32,000 nucleotides of DNA from Candidatus Saccharimonadota bacterium (lineage in GTDB: Bacteria; Patescibacteriota; Saccharimonadia; Saccharimonadales; Saccharimonadaceae), in assembly GCA_001897305.1 (NCBI GenBank), contig MKSO01000001.1, forward strand, positions 780,001 to 812,000. Direction: 5' to 3'. The notes beneath the pieces are model-generated. The model worked only from the letters and a program-made list of their open reading frames with translations. It ran no database searches and was not told the DNA's origin. Of the stretch, positions 15,564-25,124 are shown piece after piece. Both the position numbers and the translations under genes were made by a program. Every line of letters begins with the position of its first letter. Positions within the stretch are counted from its first letter, which is position 1.

Positions 15564-17191
15564 TCTTTTACTGATGGTTCCTTAAATAAAATGGTACGGA
15601 TTCGCTTAAGGATCGGATTCACCTCTTCAATACGAAACAGTCGACATATTATTATATACACTACGGCGCTAATGCCAACGATAAGCGTGAACTTAGGGAA
15701 AGACGAGAAGAAACTTTGATCGGCGGCATTGAGCGGGAACATAGATACTAAAATATAGGCCGCAATTGCCATAAAGCCAGCAGCACTGGCCATGCGAGTT
15801 ACCGCGTTTACGAATACTGTGTCGAATAATCCGTTGATACGACGTGACATTATGAAGAATAAAATACCCACCTCAACCGCCGAGACAATCACCGCGGCCC
15901 AGGCTAAACCATACACCCCCATTGAAAGCCCCATCGAGAACCAAATAGCCAACCCAATATTAAGGCTAATGGTAAAAATCGAGATATACAACGGCGTTTT
16001 CGTATCTTGTTGAGCATAAAAACTACGTGCCGAAATAAAGTAAATTGAACGGAACAGAATCGTCAGCGCTAAGATCGCCAAGATGCTGGCCATGTACTGG
16101 TCACCACCGTTTTGAATAAAGTTTACCAAGTAGCCACGGGCAAAGTAAGCAATAACCGTCACGGGCAGAGCAAGCCATATAATAACCCTCAACACGGCCT
16201 GCAGTTCTTTCTTAAACAAGTCCGGTCGACCCTGGCCTAGTCGTTCGGTCATTTTAGGGAAAGCTGCAGTACTAATAGCCACACCAATAAGGTTGATTGG
16301 GACAAACGACAATGAAGTTGCCTGTTGATAAGCACGCACGCTACCAGCCGCCATACGTGAAGCTAGGTTGGTCTCTACGATACTATTGACGTAATCAATA
16401 CCCTGGTCGAGCGAACGCGGAGGCAACAAGCGAAGTACTTGCCGGAGTCCTTTATTCTTCCAGTAAATTTTGAAGCGATAATCAAAGCCCATGCCGTACA
16501 AGCCCAAGCTACTGACAATCAATTGCAATATAGAGCCCAAGACAACACCCAGCGCTACACCCATGATACCGCCGTCGAACACTGGTACACCGAATAGTGT
16601 AATACCATTCGTAAAGAATAGTGCACCGATAATAATACCTATGTTATACAGAACCGGTGCCAGCGCGAAGAAAGCAAATCGTCCAACGGCTTGCTGCATA
16701 CTGGCAAACACCGTTGCAACAGCAAATAAGAATGGATTAATGGCAATGACACGCATCATACTGACAGCGAGCGACCTACTCGATTCATCAAGCCCAGGCC
16801 CTACGACATACCTCACCAGCGGATCAGCAAATACGATGATCAAAATACTTACTGCCAATGTTACAAGTGCTAGTAGGTTCAAAAGGCTAGTGGAAAGTTC
16901 CCAGGCAGACTTTTTATTGCCGGTTGCAAGGCGCTGGTTAAAAACGGGAATAAACGTAACACTAAGCGCGCCAGACACAAGTATGAAGAACATAAAGTCT
17001 GGAATGGTAAAAGCTACCGTATAGGCATCGATACCTGTAGGGTACGTTGTGTAGTATAGTCCGTTTAGTAAACGATCGCGAAATAGGCCCAAAAGACTCG
17101 CCACCAAAGACGAACCAGCAAGCAAGGTTGCCGCCAATTTAAGCGGCAACCTTTTGTTAGCCTTAGAGAGTGTTGCGCGAAAGTTGATCAT
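15560..17191 (-). CDS. murJ: Lipid II flippase MurJ/MviN
   Basis: Polytopic protein of about 14 TM with a MurJ-like N-terminus (LLGLFRDRLL) and MOP-family architecture. The track start is TTG 17206; I prefer ATG 17191, but the start is uncertain. It overlaps lepA by 4 nt. Confidence 0.85.
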   Translation of the reverse strand: MINFRATLSKANKRLPLKLAATLLAGSSLVASLLGLFRDRLLNGLYYTTYPTGIDAYTVAFTIPDFMFFILVSGALSVTFIPVFNQRLATGNKKSAWELSTSLLNLLALVTLAVSILIIVFADPLVRYVVGPGLDESSRSLAVSMMRVIAINPFLFAVATVFASMQQAVGRFAFFALAPVLYNIGIIIGALFFTNGITLFGVPVFDGGIMGVALGVVLGSILQLIVSSLGLYGMGFDYRFKIYWKNKGLRQVLRLLPPRSLDQGIDYVNSIVETNLASRMAAGSVRAYQQATSLSFVPINLIGVAISTAAFPKMTERLGQGRPDLFKKELQAVLRVIIWLALPVTVIAYFARGYLVNFIQNGGDQYMASILAILALTILFRSIYFISARSFYAQQDTKTPLYISIFTISLNIGLAIWFSMGLSMGVYGLAWAAVIVSAVEVGILFFIMSRRINGLFDTVFVNAVTRMASAAGFMAIAAYILVSMFPLNAADQSFFSSFPKFTLIVGISAVVYIIICRLFRIEEVNPILKRIRTILFKEPSVKE

Positions 17192-17211
17192 GCCCCGTTT
17201 CCGCAACTAGA

Positions 17212-19074
17212 TTAGTAGAGAGCGGCCTCCTTAGGAAGTTTGGCATCTTTAAGCAATTCGTTAACTTCTTCTTCACCAAGCGTTTCGGCTTTGACAAGGG
17301 CTTCAGCGAGTTTATCAAGGCTCTTTCGGTTGCTGGTAATAATTACCTCAGCACGACGACTCGCTTCTTTAATAAGCTCGGCCACCTCACTGTCAATTTC
17401 ACGTGCCGTGTCATCACTGTAAGGGCGTTCGTGGGTAATTTTGTCAAACACCATGCCACCGTTATCCTCATGGAAAACTTGGTCGCGTAGGCGTGAGCCC
17501 ATACCTTGTTCGATAACCATATCACGAGCAATTTCGGTTGCCTTACGCAAGTCAGAGCCAGCACCAGTTGTCACGCGGTCGTCACCGTAAATAACCTTTT
17601 CGGCGATACGGCCACCAAGCGCACGGGCCAAAATATCCTTAAACTCAATGACACTGGTGTAGTTACGGTCTTCGGGTGGCAAGAACCACGTAACACCACC
17701 GGTACCACCACGCGGAATAATAGTCACCTTGTGCACAGGGTCGCTATCAGGGGCAACATGTCCTACTAGCGCGTGACCAGCTTCATGGTAGGCGGTCATA
17801 CGCTTTTCTTCTTCGTTCATGACCTTTGTTTTTCGCTCTGGGCCAATAGCAACTTTTTCAAATGCTTCGGTAATATCGGCGTTAGAAATTTTCTTACTAC
17901 TTCGCCTTGCAGCAATAATAGCGGCCTCGTTAGCAATATTTGCAAGATCAGCCCCAGATGAGCCAGCCGTCTTTGCAGCCATAGCATCGAGATTCACATC
18001 ATCCTCTACTGGCTTATTCTTGAAGTGAACCTTCAAGATAGCTTCACGGTCTTTTCGCTCAGGCAGCATAATGTTGGTGCGACGGTCGAAGCGGCCCGGA
18101 CGCAGCAAGGCTGGGTCAAGTACATCGGCGCGGTTAGTTGCGGCCAACACAATTACATTCGTACCCGTGTCAAAACCGTCCATTTCAACCAAGATCTGGT
18201 TTAGCGTTTGTTCACGTTCATCATGACCACCGCCCATACCACTTCCACGACGGCGACCAACGGCATCAATCTCATCAATGAAGATAATCGCCGGGGCATT
18301 CTTTTTTGCTTTTGCGAAGAGGTCACGTACGCGAGACGCACCGACACCTACAAACATTTCTACAAATTCAGAACCACTAATACTAAAGAATGGCACGTTT
18401 GCTTCACCGGCTACTGCACGCGCTAGCATTGTCTTACCAGTACCAGGGCTACCAACAAGCAACACGCCCTTTGGAATTTTAGCGCCAAGCGCTTCGTATT
18501 TTTTAGGGTGCTTAAGGAAGTCAACTACTTCTTCAAGGTCTTGTTTGGCGGCATCATTACCAGCAATATCGCTAAACACAACTTTCTTTTTATCCTCACC
18601 GTATAAAATAGCCTTTGACTTACCAAACCCAAGTGCCTGGTTGTTTTGGCCCTGCGCCTGACGCATCATGAAGATGAAGAAAGCAGCAATTAAGACCACT
18701 GGGATAATAATGATCGCCAGATTCCAAAGAATATCGCCTGTTGCTGAAGGTGTTTTAACCTCCAAGGTTACAGGCGCATCTGTCTTAAGGCCCTGTTCTT
18801 GCAGCGAGCTTGAAGCTTCTTTCGTTGATGTTTCGGCCGGCTTGTCACTGCCTTTTGGTGTAATCGTCAAAGTGTTACCCTCGACGACAATTTTCGAAAT
18901 ATCGCCCTTGTTCGCCCTAGCGATGACGTCGGAAATTGGCACCTGCTTTAAATTGTCGTGGTTGCCGGTGAGCGCATAAATAATAAGAGCACCAAACACA
19001 ATAACCGCCCAAAAGAGGGTAATGCGTAAAATACTACTTGGTTTCTTCTTTGGTGACGGAGCGGTTGCTGGCAT
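17212..19074 (-). CDS. ftsH: ATP-dependent zinc metalloprotease FtsH
   Basis: Two N-terminal TM segments, AAA+ Walker A GSPGTGKT, Walker B IIFIDEID, the SRH region, and protease motif HEAGHAL. Confidence 0.97.
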   Translation of the reverse strand: MPATAPSPKKKPSSILRITLFWAVIVFGALIIYALTGNHDNLKQVPISDVIARANKGDISKIVVEGNTLTITPKGSDKPAETSTKEASSSLQEQGLKTDAPVTLEVKTPSATGDILWNLAIIIIPVVLIAAFFIFMMRQAQGQNNQALGFGKSKAILYGEDKKKVVFSDIAGNDAAKQDLEEVVDFLKHPKKYEALGAKIPKGVLLVGSPGTGKTMLARAVAGEANVPFFSISGSEFVEMFVGVGASRVRDLFAKAKKNAPAIIFIDEIDAVGRRRGSGMGGGHDEREQTLNQILVEMDGFDTGTNVIVLAATNRADVLDPALLRPGRFDRRTNIMLPERKDREAILKVHFKNKPVEDDVNLDAMAAKTAGSSGADLANIANEAAIIAARRSSKKISNADITEAFEKVAIGPERKTKVMNEEEKRMTAYHEAGHALVGHVAPDSDPVHKVTIIPRGGTGGVTWFLPPEDRNYTSVIEFKDILARALGGRIAEKVIYGDDRVTTGAGSDLRKATEIARDMVIEQGMGSRLRDQVFHEDNGGMVFDKITHERPYSDDTAREIDSEVAELIKEASRRAEVIITSNRKSLDKLAEALVKAETLGEEEVNELLKDAKLPKEAALY

Positions 19075-19122
19075 ATTAAACTATCTGTTCCTTTCGGGCA
19101 TTATAAGAATCTAGGTATATCT

Positions 19123-19956
19123 CTATAATTTTATCAGTTGTAAGCTAAATTGGCGAGTACTGAAATAGAGCTTGGTGCCATTTCCGGCCTCAAACGTAGC
19201 ATGCGGCCTGGCAACTTTGATGGCATGAAGGGCCCGCGCAAGCTGGGGGCGGGTTAGAGCGCCGTCTGTTACCTCTCGTAAACATTCGAGAGCGGCCGGT
19301 GCTGGCAAATTAGAAAACATATAGCGACTATAGTATGGGCCTGGCCCAATGAGCGCTTGCACTTCCTGCTGAATAGCACGTTTTAATGCTTTTTGGTGGA
19401 CATGGAGGGCACGTAGCTCTCGCTTTGTCTGAGTAGGAATATCTTTTGCTTGTTTTCGAATACGGTTCCTAAGATACGCATCGCTAGCGTTGGTGGGATC
19501 TTCGCGCCAAGGAATGTTATTTCGCTGCGCGTACGCAATAAGCGCCGATTTCTCTGTATCGATCAAAGGTCGGATAACCTTAGAGTCCAGCACCGCCGCA
19601 CCGCGCCAGCCGGTACCGCGAGTGACGTTAATAGCTACAGTTTCTACTAAATCATCAAGGTGGTGCGCGGTGGCAATGCGTGCATTATATTTTTCAGCTA
19701 ATTCGTGTAAAAAGGCATAGCGACGTTCACGGGCTAACGCTTCGCCAGCCGATGGGCCGAGCTCTTCCCTTCTTGTCTCAAAAGGCAGGCCATGGTATTT
19801 AGCGACATTACTCACAAACTCAGCATCAAGGTGCGAATCAGGACGAATGCCATGATCAAAATGGGCAACAATTAACTCGTGATCACCCACTCGACGCATA
19901 ATGTCCAGTAGTACCATCGAATCCACCCCACCACTCACTGCAACGATGTATTTCAT
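19123..19956 (-). CDS. tilS: tRNA(Ile)-lysidine synthase TilS
   Basis: PP-loop VAVSGGVDSMVLL followed by VAHFDHGIR and ATAHHLDD. 4-nt overlap with bcp. Confidence 0.88.
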   Translation of the reverse strand: MKYIVAVSGGVDSMVLLDIMRRVGDHELIVAHFDHGIRPDSHLDAEFVSNVAKYHGLPFETRREELGPSAGEALARERRYAFLHELAEKYNARIATAHHLDDLVETVAINVTRGTGWRGAAVLDSKVIRPLIDTEKSALIAYAQRNNIPWREDPTNASDAYLRNRIRKQAKDIPTQTKRELRALHVHQKALKRAIQQEVQALIGPGPYYSRYMFSNLPAPAALECLREVTDGALTRPQLARALHAIKVARPHATFEAGNGTKLYFSTRQFSLQLIKL

Positions 19957-20414
19957 GCCGCCTGTAATTTCTTCAATTCTTCAACAACCGCTTCGCCGTG
20001 CCCCATTGGTGTCACGCGACCATATACTTTTACTACCCTACCGGCTGGATCGATAATAAAAGTCTTACGTAAAATACCTTCTTTGCCAAACATTTTCGGG
20101 CCCCAGGCACCGTACGACCCAATGACCTCACCGTTAGCGTCGGTAAGCAAAGTGAAATTTAGCGAGTGCTTAGCCTTGAATTTCTCGTGGCTACTTGGGT
20201 CGTCCTTGCTGACGCCAATAATCTCCGCACCAAGCTCCGCTAAGGTATCGCGCGCGTCCCGAAGACTGCAAGCCTCTACCGTACAGCCAGGCGTGTCATC
20301 TTTAGGGTAAAAATACAGAACAACCCACTTACCTTTGTAATCGGAAAGGCTATGGACGACTCCGTTGCTATCGGGCAAAGAAAAGTGTGGCGCATCATAA
20401 GGTATTGTACTCAT
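19953..20414 (-). CDS. bcp: Thioredoxin-dependent peroxiredoxin Bcp/PrxQ
   Basis: YFYPKDDTPGCTVEACSLRD active-site motif in a 153-aa AhpC/TSA fold. Confidence 0.9.
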   Translation of the reverse strand: MSTIPYDAPHFSLPDSNGVVHSLSDYKGKWVVLYFYPKDDTPGCTVEACSLRDARDTLAELGAEIIGVSKDDPSSHEKFKAKHSLNFTLLTDANGEVIGSYGAWGPKMFGKEGILRKTFIIDPAGRVVKVYGRVTPMGHGEAVVEELKKLQAA

Positions 20415-20421
20415 GCTATTA

Positions 20422-20427
20422 AGTATA
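20422..20427 (-). promoter_or_regulatory. -10 box TATACT, 7 nt before ATG 20414 of bcp (leaderless-type); would drive bcp-tilS-ftsH-murJ-lepA
   Basis: Read directly from the sequence. The divergent intergenic region is only 45 nt long. Confidence 0.45.
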
Positions 20428-20442
20428 ATCCAATTTAACAGT

Positions 20443-20451
20443 TGGTATAAT
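20443..20451 (+). promoter_or_regulatory. Extended -10 TGgTATAAT, 8 nt before GTG 20460
   Basis: Read directly from the sequence. A GTG start on a leaderless mRNA would be unusual. Confidence 0.4.
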
Positions 20452-20459
20452 ACTAAATA

Positions 20460-21590
20460 GTGTCTGAATTAACGAAACTCGCTAAAAAAGAAAAGTCAGA
20501 GCGTATTCTCACCTTCGACTTACTGCGTGGCTATTTTTTAGCTGTTATTCTTTTTAACCATCTTGAGTACTACCCTAGTGGGCTTGAGTTTCTGACCGGC
20601 AAAAGTATTTTATATGTTTCGACGGCCGAGGGATTCTTTGCTGTATCTGGCATCGTACTGGGTATCGTGAGGGGGCGCAAACTCGTCAACCAACCTATCA
20701 GTAAGGCTATTACACTTTTATGGAAACGAGCAGTGCAACTTTACCTCACGAGTATCATCCTCACCCTTCTCTTCACCATTATAGGGCAATTCTTCTTAAA
20801 TAACCCGGGGCTGAAATACGGCATCTATACCGACTGGACAAACTGGGGTGACTTACTTTGGCAAACCATTACGCTGCATTATAGCTACGGTTGGGCAGAC
20901 TTCTTGCGGATGTACGCCGTGTTTATATTCTTTACTCCTATAGCCGTTTGGCTACTTCGCAAGGGGTGGTGGTATGTAGTGCTGGCCATTAGCACCTTAC
21001 TATGGGCCCTCTACCCCCTCTTCGCAGGTGACGTTATTATCGCCCAACTGTTTAGTTGGCAATTAGTATTCTTTGGCGGCTTCGTGATTGGTTTTTATTG
21101 GCAGGATATTGTTGCCTGGTGGAGGAAGATCACACCTATTGTTCGCAAGCGCCTTGGCTGGAGCCTGGTTTCGGTATTCATCTTAACCCTCATTGCTAGT
21201 TCAGTGTTGGTATTTAGTCAGTGGTTGCCTACCCAGCTTGGCGGACAGCTGACTGCAGTCCACCACGTTATAGAGCAAGGTTTCGACAAAGACCGTCTCC
21301 CACTGCCTCGAATCATTCTGGGATGTATGTGGTTTTGGGGCGCTTTCTATCTTTTCCGTCGTTTTGAAAGCTGGATTATTAAATATCTCGGCTGGCTATT
21401 ATTGCCATTCGGAGCAAATTCGCTGTATGTATATACGCTGTCGGCGTTTATTGTTTTCTTTGCGCATTTATTTGTTGCCGCACCAGGCTTCAACAGTGTT
21501 CTACTAAATCTAAGTGCTTCACTGTTAGCGTTGGGGCTCGTACTTCTTTCGGTGAAAAAGAAATTCCTAATGAAAATTATTCCCCGCTAA
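20460..21590 (+). CDS. OpgC/acyltransferase-3-like integral membrane protein
   Basis: RILTFDLLRGYFLAVILFNHL N-terminal motif and about 10 TM segments. GTG start. The family call is moderate. Confidence 0.6.
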   Translation: MSELTKLAKKEKSERILTFDLLRGYFLAVILFNHLEYYPSGLEFLTGKSILYVSTAEGFFAVSGIVLGIVRGRKLVNQPISKAITLLWKRAVQLYLTSIILTLLFTIIGQFFLNNPGLKYGIYTDWTNWGDLLWQTITLHYSYGWADFLRMYAVFIFFTPIAVWLLRKGWWYVVLAISTLLWALYPLFAGDVIIAQLFSWQLVFFGGFVIGFYWQDIVAWWRKITPIVRKRLGWSLVSVFILTLIASSVLVFSQWLPTQLGGQLTAVHHVIEQGFDKDRLPLPRIILGCMWFWGAFYLFRRFESWIIKYLGWLLLPFGANSLYVYTLSAFIVFFAHLFVAAPGFNSVLLNLSASLLALGLVLLSVKKKFLMKIIPR

Positions 21591-23151
21591 CGCGGTACTC
21601 AGTAGCCTTATACAACGACTTACCGGTTATATCGTCCGTAGTGGTGACTGTACGAAGTTTCACCCAACTTTGCTGGTAGGGTGGGACGTCCGGGTCGGTA
21701 GTGTTGTCTAAGTACCAAATAATAGGGTTGTCTTTCTTAAATTGAGCAAGATCTTTAATTTTGTGCATGTCATTGTCTTTTAACATATTGAGCGAGCCAT
21801 AAATATACTTGGTACTCTCATCGATAAAGTAGACCGGGTGCTGTGGCGTTGAATACGGAATTGCTTCGTAGAATATCCAGGGGCTGGCCGCAACAATAGG
21901 CGTACCGTCTGGTGACGCATTCTTCGCTTCGTCCACTGCTTGGCGTGTAAATATGTGCGTGCTTGTATTTTTATTAAAGTTTCCGTATCGGTACACATTG
22001 GTAATACCGCCCACCATCATACCGACAACGGCTAAAATAGGCAGTGCTCGCCATAATGGCTTCCAGCGTCGGGTTCCAACCACCAAAATAACCGCCAAGA
22101 ATATCGATAGCGCAACGATACTTGGTATTAAGTATCGTTCTACAAATGACGAGCGAAGTGGCGGCATCGATGCCAAGAACAACAGCACGGGAGGCACAAT
22201 TGCCAAGCAGGCAATGAGCAAGAATGAGCGTCGCTCTTTAGTGCGTAGTGACTTAAAGGCCCTTGGAAGCACAACAATAACCAAGGCCACAATAGCTAAC
22301 ATAATACACGCTAGCCAACCTTGTACTTGGCCGTGTTCCAAATAGTAAAAGTAGTTAGACAGGTAATTGGTTGGCGTATCGACACCAACTGGTCCTATCC
22401 AAAAACCACCGCCCTGTACGACACCCAGCTGGATGGCCATAAAAGGCAGCCATGGTAAGAAAAGGCCAACCGCTACCGAATAAGCGATAATCCAGCCTTT
22501 TGTAAAAAAGCGTTTAACGTTTTCTTTAAAACGAAGCTTTGGCTGCCAGGTTTCCATAGCCTGCCACACCCAGTGCCCTACCCACACAAGAGCCGTGAAG
22601 TAATGCGTCCACATACCCAGTGACACCAATACACCATACAACACCCATAACTTAGTGCTGTTCTCTTGGCGTGCCTTGAGCATAACGTAGGTTGCCGTAA
22701 ATACAATCAAAGCAGCCAAGGTATACATACGGGCTTCATCACTGTAACGGATAAGCATTGGTGAAAGGACAATAAATAACAAGGCTGTCCAAGCGACTTT
22801 GCGGCCGAATAGTTTACGCGACAAGAAGAAGGCTACCGTTGCAGTCGCCGCACCAAACACAATACTGAGCGATCGATACGCTAGTTCGGTAGTGCCAAAC
22901 AAATTTGACCATATTTTTAAGAGCCAATAATAAAATGGCGGATGAACATCAGTCGCAGTATAGCGAGCAATATCCCAAAAACTAAACTGCGCAATATAGG
23001 CGCTAAACGCTTCGTCAAACCAAATAGAAGCCCTAGGTGCATTAATAAGAGTAATGGTAATAAAGACGGCAAGGCCAAGAATAAGAATGGCACTATCGAG
23101 CTTTGGGTGCTTTTGAATATGACTTCGAACGGTACGGTAGATATTTTTCAT
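21577..23151 (-). CDS. GT-C fold glycosyltransferase, family 39 / ArnT-PMT-like
   Basis: The first periplasmic loop reads SIWFDEAFSAYIAQ...DVHPPFYYWLLKIW. The protein is polytopic with a C-terminal soluble domain. Start is ATG 23151 (AAGGG 6 nt upstream) or ATG 23166 as in the track. Confidence 0.75.
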   Translation of the reverse strand: MKNIYRTVRSHIQKHPKLDSAILILGLAVFITITLINAPRASIWFDEAFSAYIAQFSFWDIARYTATDVHPPFYYWLLKIWSNLFGTTELAYRSLSIVFGAATATVAFFLSRKLFGRKVAWTALLFIVLSPMLIRYSDEARMYTLAALIVFTATYVMLKARQENSTKLWVLYGVLVSLGMWTHYFTALVWVGHWVWQAMETWQPKLRFKENVKRFFTKGWIIAYSVAVGLFLPWLPFMAIQLGVVQGGGFWIGPVGVDTPTNYLSNYFYYLEHGQVQGWLACIMLAIVALVIVVLPRAFKSLRTKERRSFLLIACLAIVPPVLLFLASMPPLRSSFVERYLIPSIVALSIFLAVILVVGTRRWKPLWRALPILAVVGMMVGGITNVYRYGNFNKNTSTHIFTRQAVDEAKNASPDGTPIVAASPWIFYEAIPYSTPQHPVYFIDESTKYIYGSLNMLKDNDMHKIKDLAQFKKDNPIIWYLDNTTDPDVPPYQQSWVKLRTVTTTDDITGKSLYKATEYRVSGE

Positions 23152-23161
23152 AACTGCCCTT

Positions 23162-23191
23162 ATCATACCGCGAAATCACCAAGGTGAGCAA
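23162..23191 (-). promoter_or_regulatory. TTGCTC-18-TATGAT promoter for the GT39 gene
   Basis: The -10 box ends 10 nt before ATG 23151. The alternative ATG 23166 lies inside the -10 hexamer. Confidence 0.35.
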
Positions 23192-23251
23192 TGATGAAAC
23201 AGTCTAGCTTTCTCTCTTAAAGTGTTGTATACTACCCTAGTTGCACACCAT

Positions 23252-23327
23252 CGGGGTGTGGCGCAGTTGATAGCGCGCTCGGTTTGGGACCGAGAGGTCG
23301 AAGGTTTGAGTCCTTTCACCCCGACCA
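23252..23327 (+). tRNA. tRNA-Pro (anticodon UGG), CCA encoded
   Basis: Hand-folded cloverleaf: acceptor CGGGGTG/CACCCCG, D stem GCGC/GCGC, anticodon stem CTCGG/CCGAG with loop TTTGGGA, T arm GAAGG-TTTGAGT-CCTTT, discriminator A, then CCA. Confidence 0.93.
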
Positions 23328-23365
23328 CAGTAATTATTGGTTATCGTTCGCGATAACAATGCGAG

Positions 23366-23390
23366 AAGACGTCAATTGCGGCGTCTTTTT
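23366..23390 (+). terminator. Intrinsic terminator after tRNA-Pro
   Basis: AAGACG...CGTCTT stem followed by TTTTT. It is preceded by a separate perfect hairpin, GTTATCG-TTCG-CGATAAC, at 23340..23357. Confidence 0.65.
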
Positions 23391-23448
23391 CTATGTCTTA
23401 GCACGAGTCGGTCAGTACAACTCACACCAACAACAACCCTGCTCATGC

Positions 23449-23478
23449 TTGCAATATTGTATCGCCCAGTTCATAAAT
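23449..23478 (+). promoter_or_regulatory. TTGCAA-(17/18)-cATAAAT promoter of the candidate small RNA
   Basis: Read directly from the sequence. It sits 75-100 nt upstream of the terminator at 23553..23575. Confidence 0.35.
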
Positions 23479-23484
23479 AGACCC

Positions 23485-23575
23485 ATCGCCTTGGGTACGT
23501 TGCGGAGAACTTTGCTCTACAGAGCCCGGTTCCCTGCACCGTGAGCCCTCCACCCGCGATGTCGCGGGCTTTTTC
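23485..23575 (+). ncRNA. Candidate small RNA or orphan structured transcript (about 90 nt), identity unknown
   Basis: Promoter-like TTGCAA-(17/18)-cATAAAT at 23449..23478 and an intrinsic terminator at 23553..23575. There is no credible ORF in between. The downstream gene has its own -10 box. Confidence 0.3.
23553..23575 (+). terminator. Intrinsic terminator ending the candidate small RNA
   Basis: CCCGCG-atgt-CGCGGG stem followed by CTTTTTC. Confidence 0.7.
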
Positions 23576-23646
23576 ATTGAAGCTCGTACCTGGTATCATA
23601 CCTATGGACAAGCATAACGCCTCTCGTTTAAACCCCATTATTGAAG

Positions 23647-23652
23647 TATAAT
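23647..23652 (+). promoter_or_regulatory. -10 box TATAAT, 7 nt before ATG 23660 (leaderless-type)
   Basis: Read directly from the sequence. No SD is present. Confidence 0.45.
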
Positions 23653-23659
23653 AACGCTT

Positions 23660-24379
23660 ATGACCTCTAAACAAACTACTACCTCACAGCCTTCATCCGT
23701 TGCTACTTCCAACAATCAACTCAACAAGCTTCGTGCCGCCGTATTAGGTGGTAATGATGGTATTGTTTCTACCGCCGGGCTTGTGCTTGGTGTAGCGGGT
23801 GCTTCAGCTTCGAAAGAGACCATTCTTATTGCCGGAGTCGCCGGCCTGGTTTCTGGTGCTATATCTATGGCAGCTGGTGAATTTGTTTCTGTAAGCAGCC
23901 AACGGGACAGCGAGAAGGCCTTCCTAGAGCGGATGCGTACTCATATTGCGAGCAAGCATCATTCATCGGAAGCCGAGGAGTTTATTGAACGCTTCAAAGA
24001 AAAAGGCATCAGCGAAGCTACCGCTATAAAAGTTGCCGATGAGCTTGAAGCCGCCGGTACACTTACCACTGAACTCGAGAAAGAACTCGGCATCGATGCC
24101 GATGATTTAAGTAACCCCTGGTCGGCGGCTATAGCCTCAGCACTTTCATTTACAGCCGGGTCCATCATTCCCCTTGCGGCTGTGTTCTTTTCTTCTGACG
24201 AATGGCGCCTTCCTATTACAGTTGCTGCGGTCTTGCTTAGCCTCATCCTTACCGGAACGTTGAGTGCCCGCGCTGGACAAGCAAATAAAACTCGAGCAGC
24301 ACTTCGTGTGGTCGTTTGGGGTATTGGCGCGATGGCAATCACCTACGCGATTGGCCACGTAATAGGTGTAAGTTTATAG
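23660..24379 (+). CDS. VIT1/CCC1 family iron/manganese transporter
   Basis: LRAAVLGGNDGIVSTAGLVLGVAGA motif, a central acidic cytoplasmic helical segment, and C-terminal TM helices. Confidence 0.85.
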   Translation: MTSKQTTTSQPSSVATSNNQLNKLRAAVLGGNDGIVSTAGLVLGVAGASASKETILIAGVAGLVSGAISMAAGEFVSVSSQRDSEKAFLERMRTHIASKHHSSEAEEFIERFKEKGISEATAIKVADELEAAGTLTTELEKELGIDADDLSNPWSAAIASALSFTAGSIIPLAAVFFSSDEWRLPITVAAVLLSLILTGTLSARAGQANKTRAALRVVVWGIGAMAITYAIGHVIGVSL

Positions 24380-24386
24380 GTTTAGC

Positions 24387-25124
24387 ATGAAGCTGACCCT
24401 TACCACCCTTAACTTACAAGGCTTTGAGCACTGGGACGAGCGAAGTCCAAAGATTTTAAAATATCTTAAAGAAGTTGACGCTGATGTGATTTTATTCCAA
24501 GAGGCAGTATTTCTTCCAAGTGTTTCACCACACAACCAAGCACAGCTTCTTAACCAAGACCTTAACTATCCTTACCAAGTAAGTACCATTAGCCGCTTGC
24601 AGTCTAGCCCTGAACACCAAATATACCGAGAAGGTTTAGCTCTAATTTCTAAATATCATATTCGTTCTTCGGATACACTCATTTTGAAAAAAGCCGAGGG
24701 TGATCAACACAATCGCATTCTACAATTAGTCGACATCTGGATTGGCGATCACATTGTGCGCATCGGGCATGTTCACTTCTCGATCACTGACGTTGTCGAC
24801 TATGCAACCCCGCAGCTTGAAGAAACGTTATCCATACTAAAAGCTCGCCACGAAAAACGCATTTTGATTGGTGATTTCAACTTAAGTCATTTAGAAGATA
24901 CGAGTGATTTATGGAAAGATGAGTACATCGCCTCGACTCATACCCCATACATTACCTACCCCTCTTGGCACGAAGGTCCAAAGCGTACCGATTACGCCTT
25001 GATACCAAAAGAATATTCGTTCGATTCAATTACTGTATCTGAAGATGGATTATCCGACCACCGTGCCTTAACGGTGGCTATTACTCTACCCGACGGGCAA
25101 AGTACTCCTCAGTCTCACGAGTAA
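24387..25124 (+). CDS. Endonuclease/exonuclease/phosphatase (EEP) family protein
   Basis: TLNLQGF...DADVILFQEA at the N-terminus, GDFN, and a C-terminal SDHRAL catalytic His motif. Confidence 0.85.
   Translation: MKLTLTTLNLQGFEHWDERSPKILKYLKEVDADVILFQEAVFLPSVSPHNQAQLLNQDLNYPYQVSTISRLQSSPEHQIYREGLALISKYHIRSSDTLILKKAEGDQHNRILQLVDIWIGDHIVRIGHVHFSITDVVDYATPQLEETLSILKARHEKRILIGDFNLSHLEDTSDLWKDEYIASTHTPYITYPSWHEGPKRTDYALIPKEYSFDSITVSEDGLSDHRALTVAITLPDGQSTPQSHE

Noticed and set aside
16491-17024. 177-aa plus-strand ORF inside murJ, and similar ORFs inside ftsH, lepA, rny, pilB and pilC
   Set aside because: These are shadow ORFs antisense to or out of frame with well-supported conserved genes. They have no independent signals.
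23252-23400. tRNA-Pro as an integration site for a mobile element or genomic island
   Set aside because: There is no integrase, recombinase or phage gene on either side. I did not find by eye a direct repeat of the tRNA 3' end. The flanking genes are ordinary chromosomal functions.
23393-23660. Metal riboswitch (yybP-ykoY Mn or czcD/NiCo type) controlling the VIT transporter
   Set aside because: The idea is attractive functionally, but I could not find the conserved core sequences I remember for these classes, such as GGGGAGUAG. The VIT gene also has its own -10 box downstream of the terminator. I keep the element only as an unclassified candidate RNA, and an Rfam scan would settle it.
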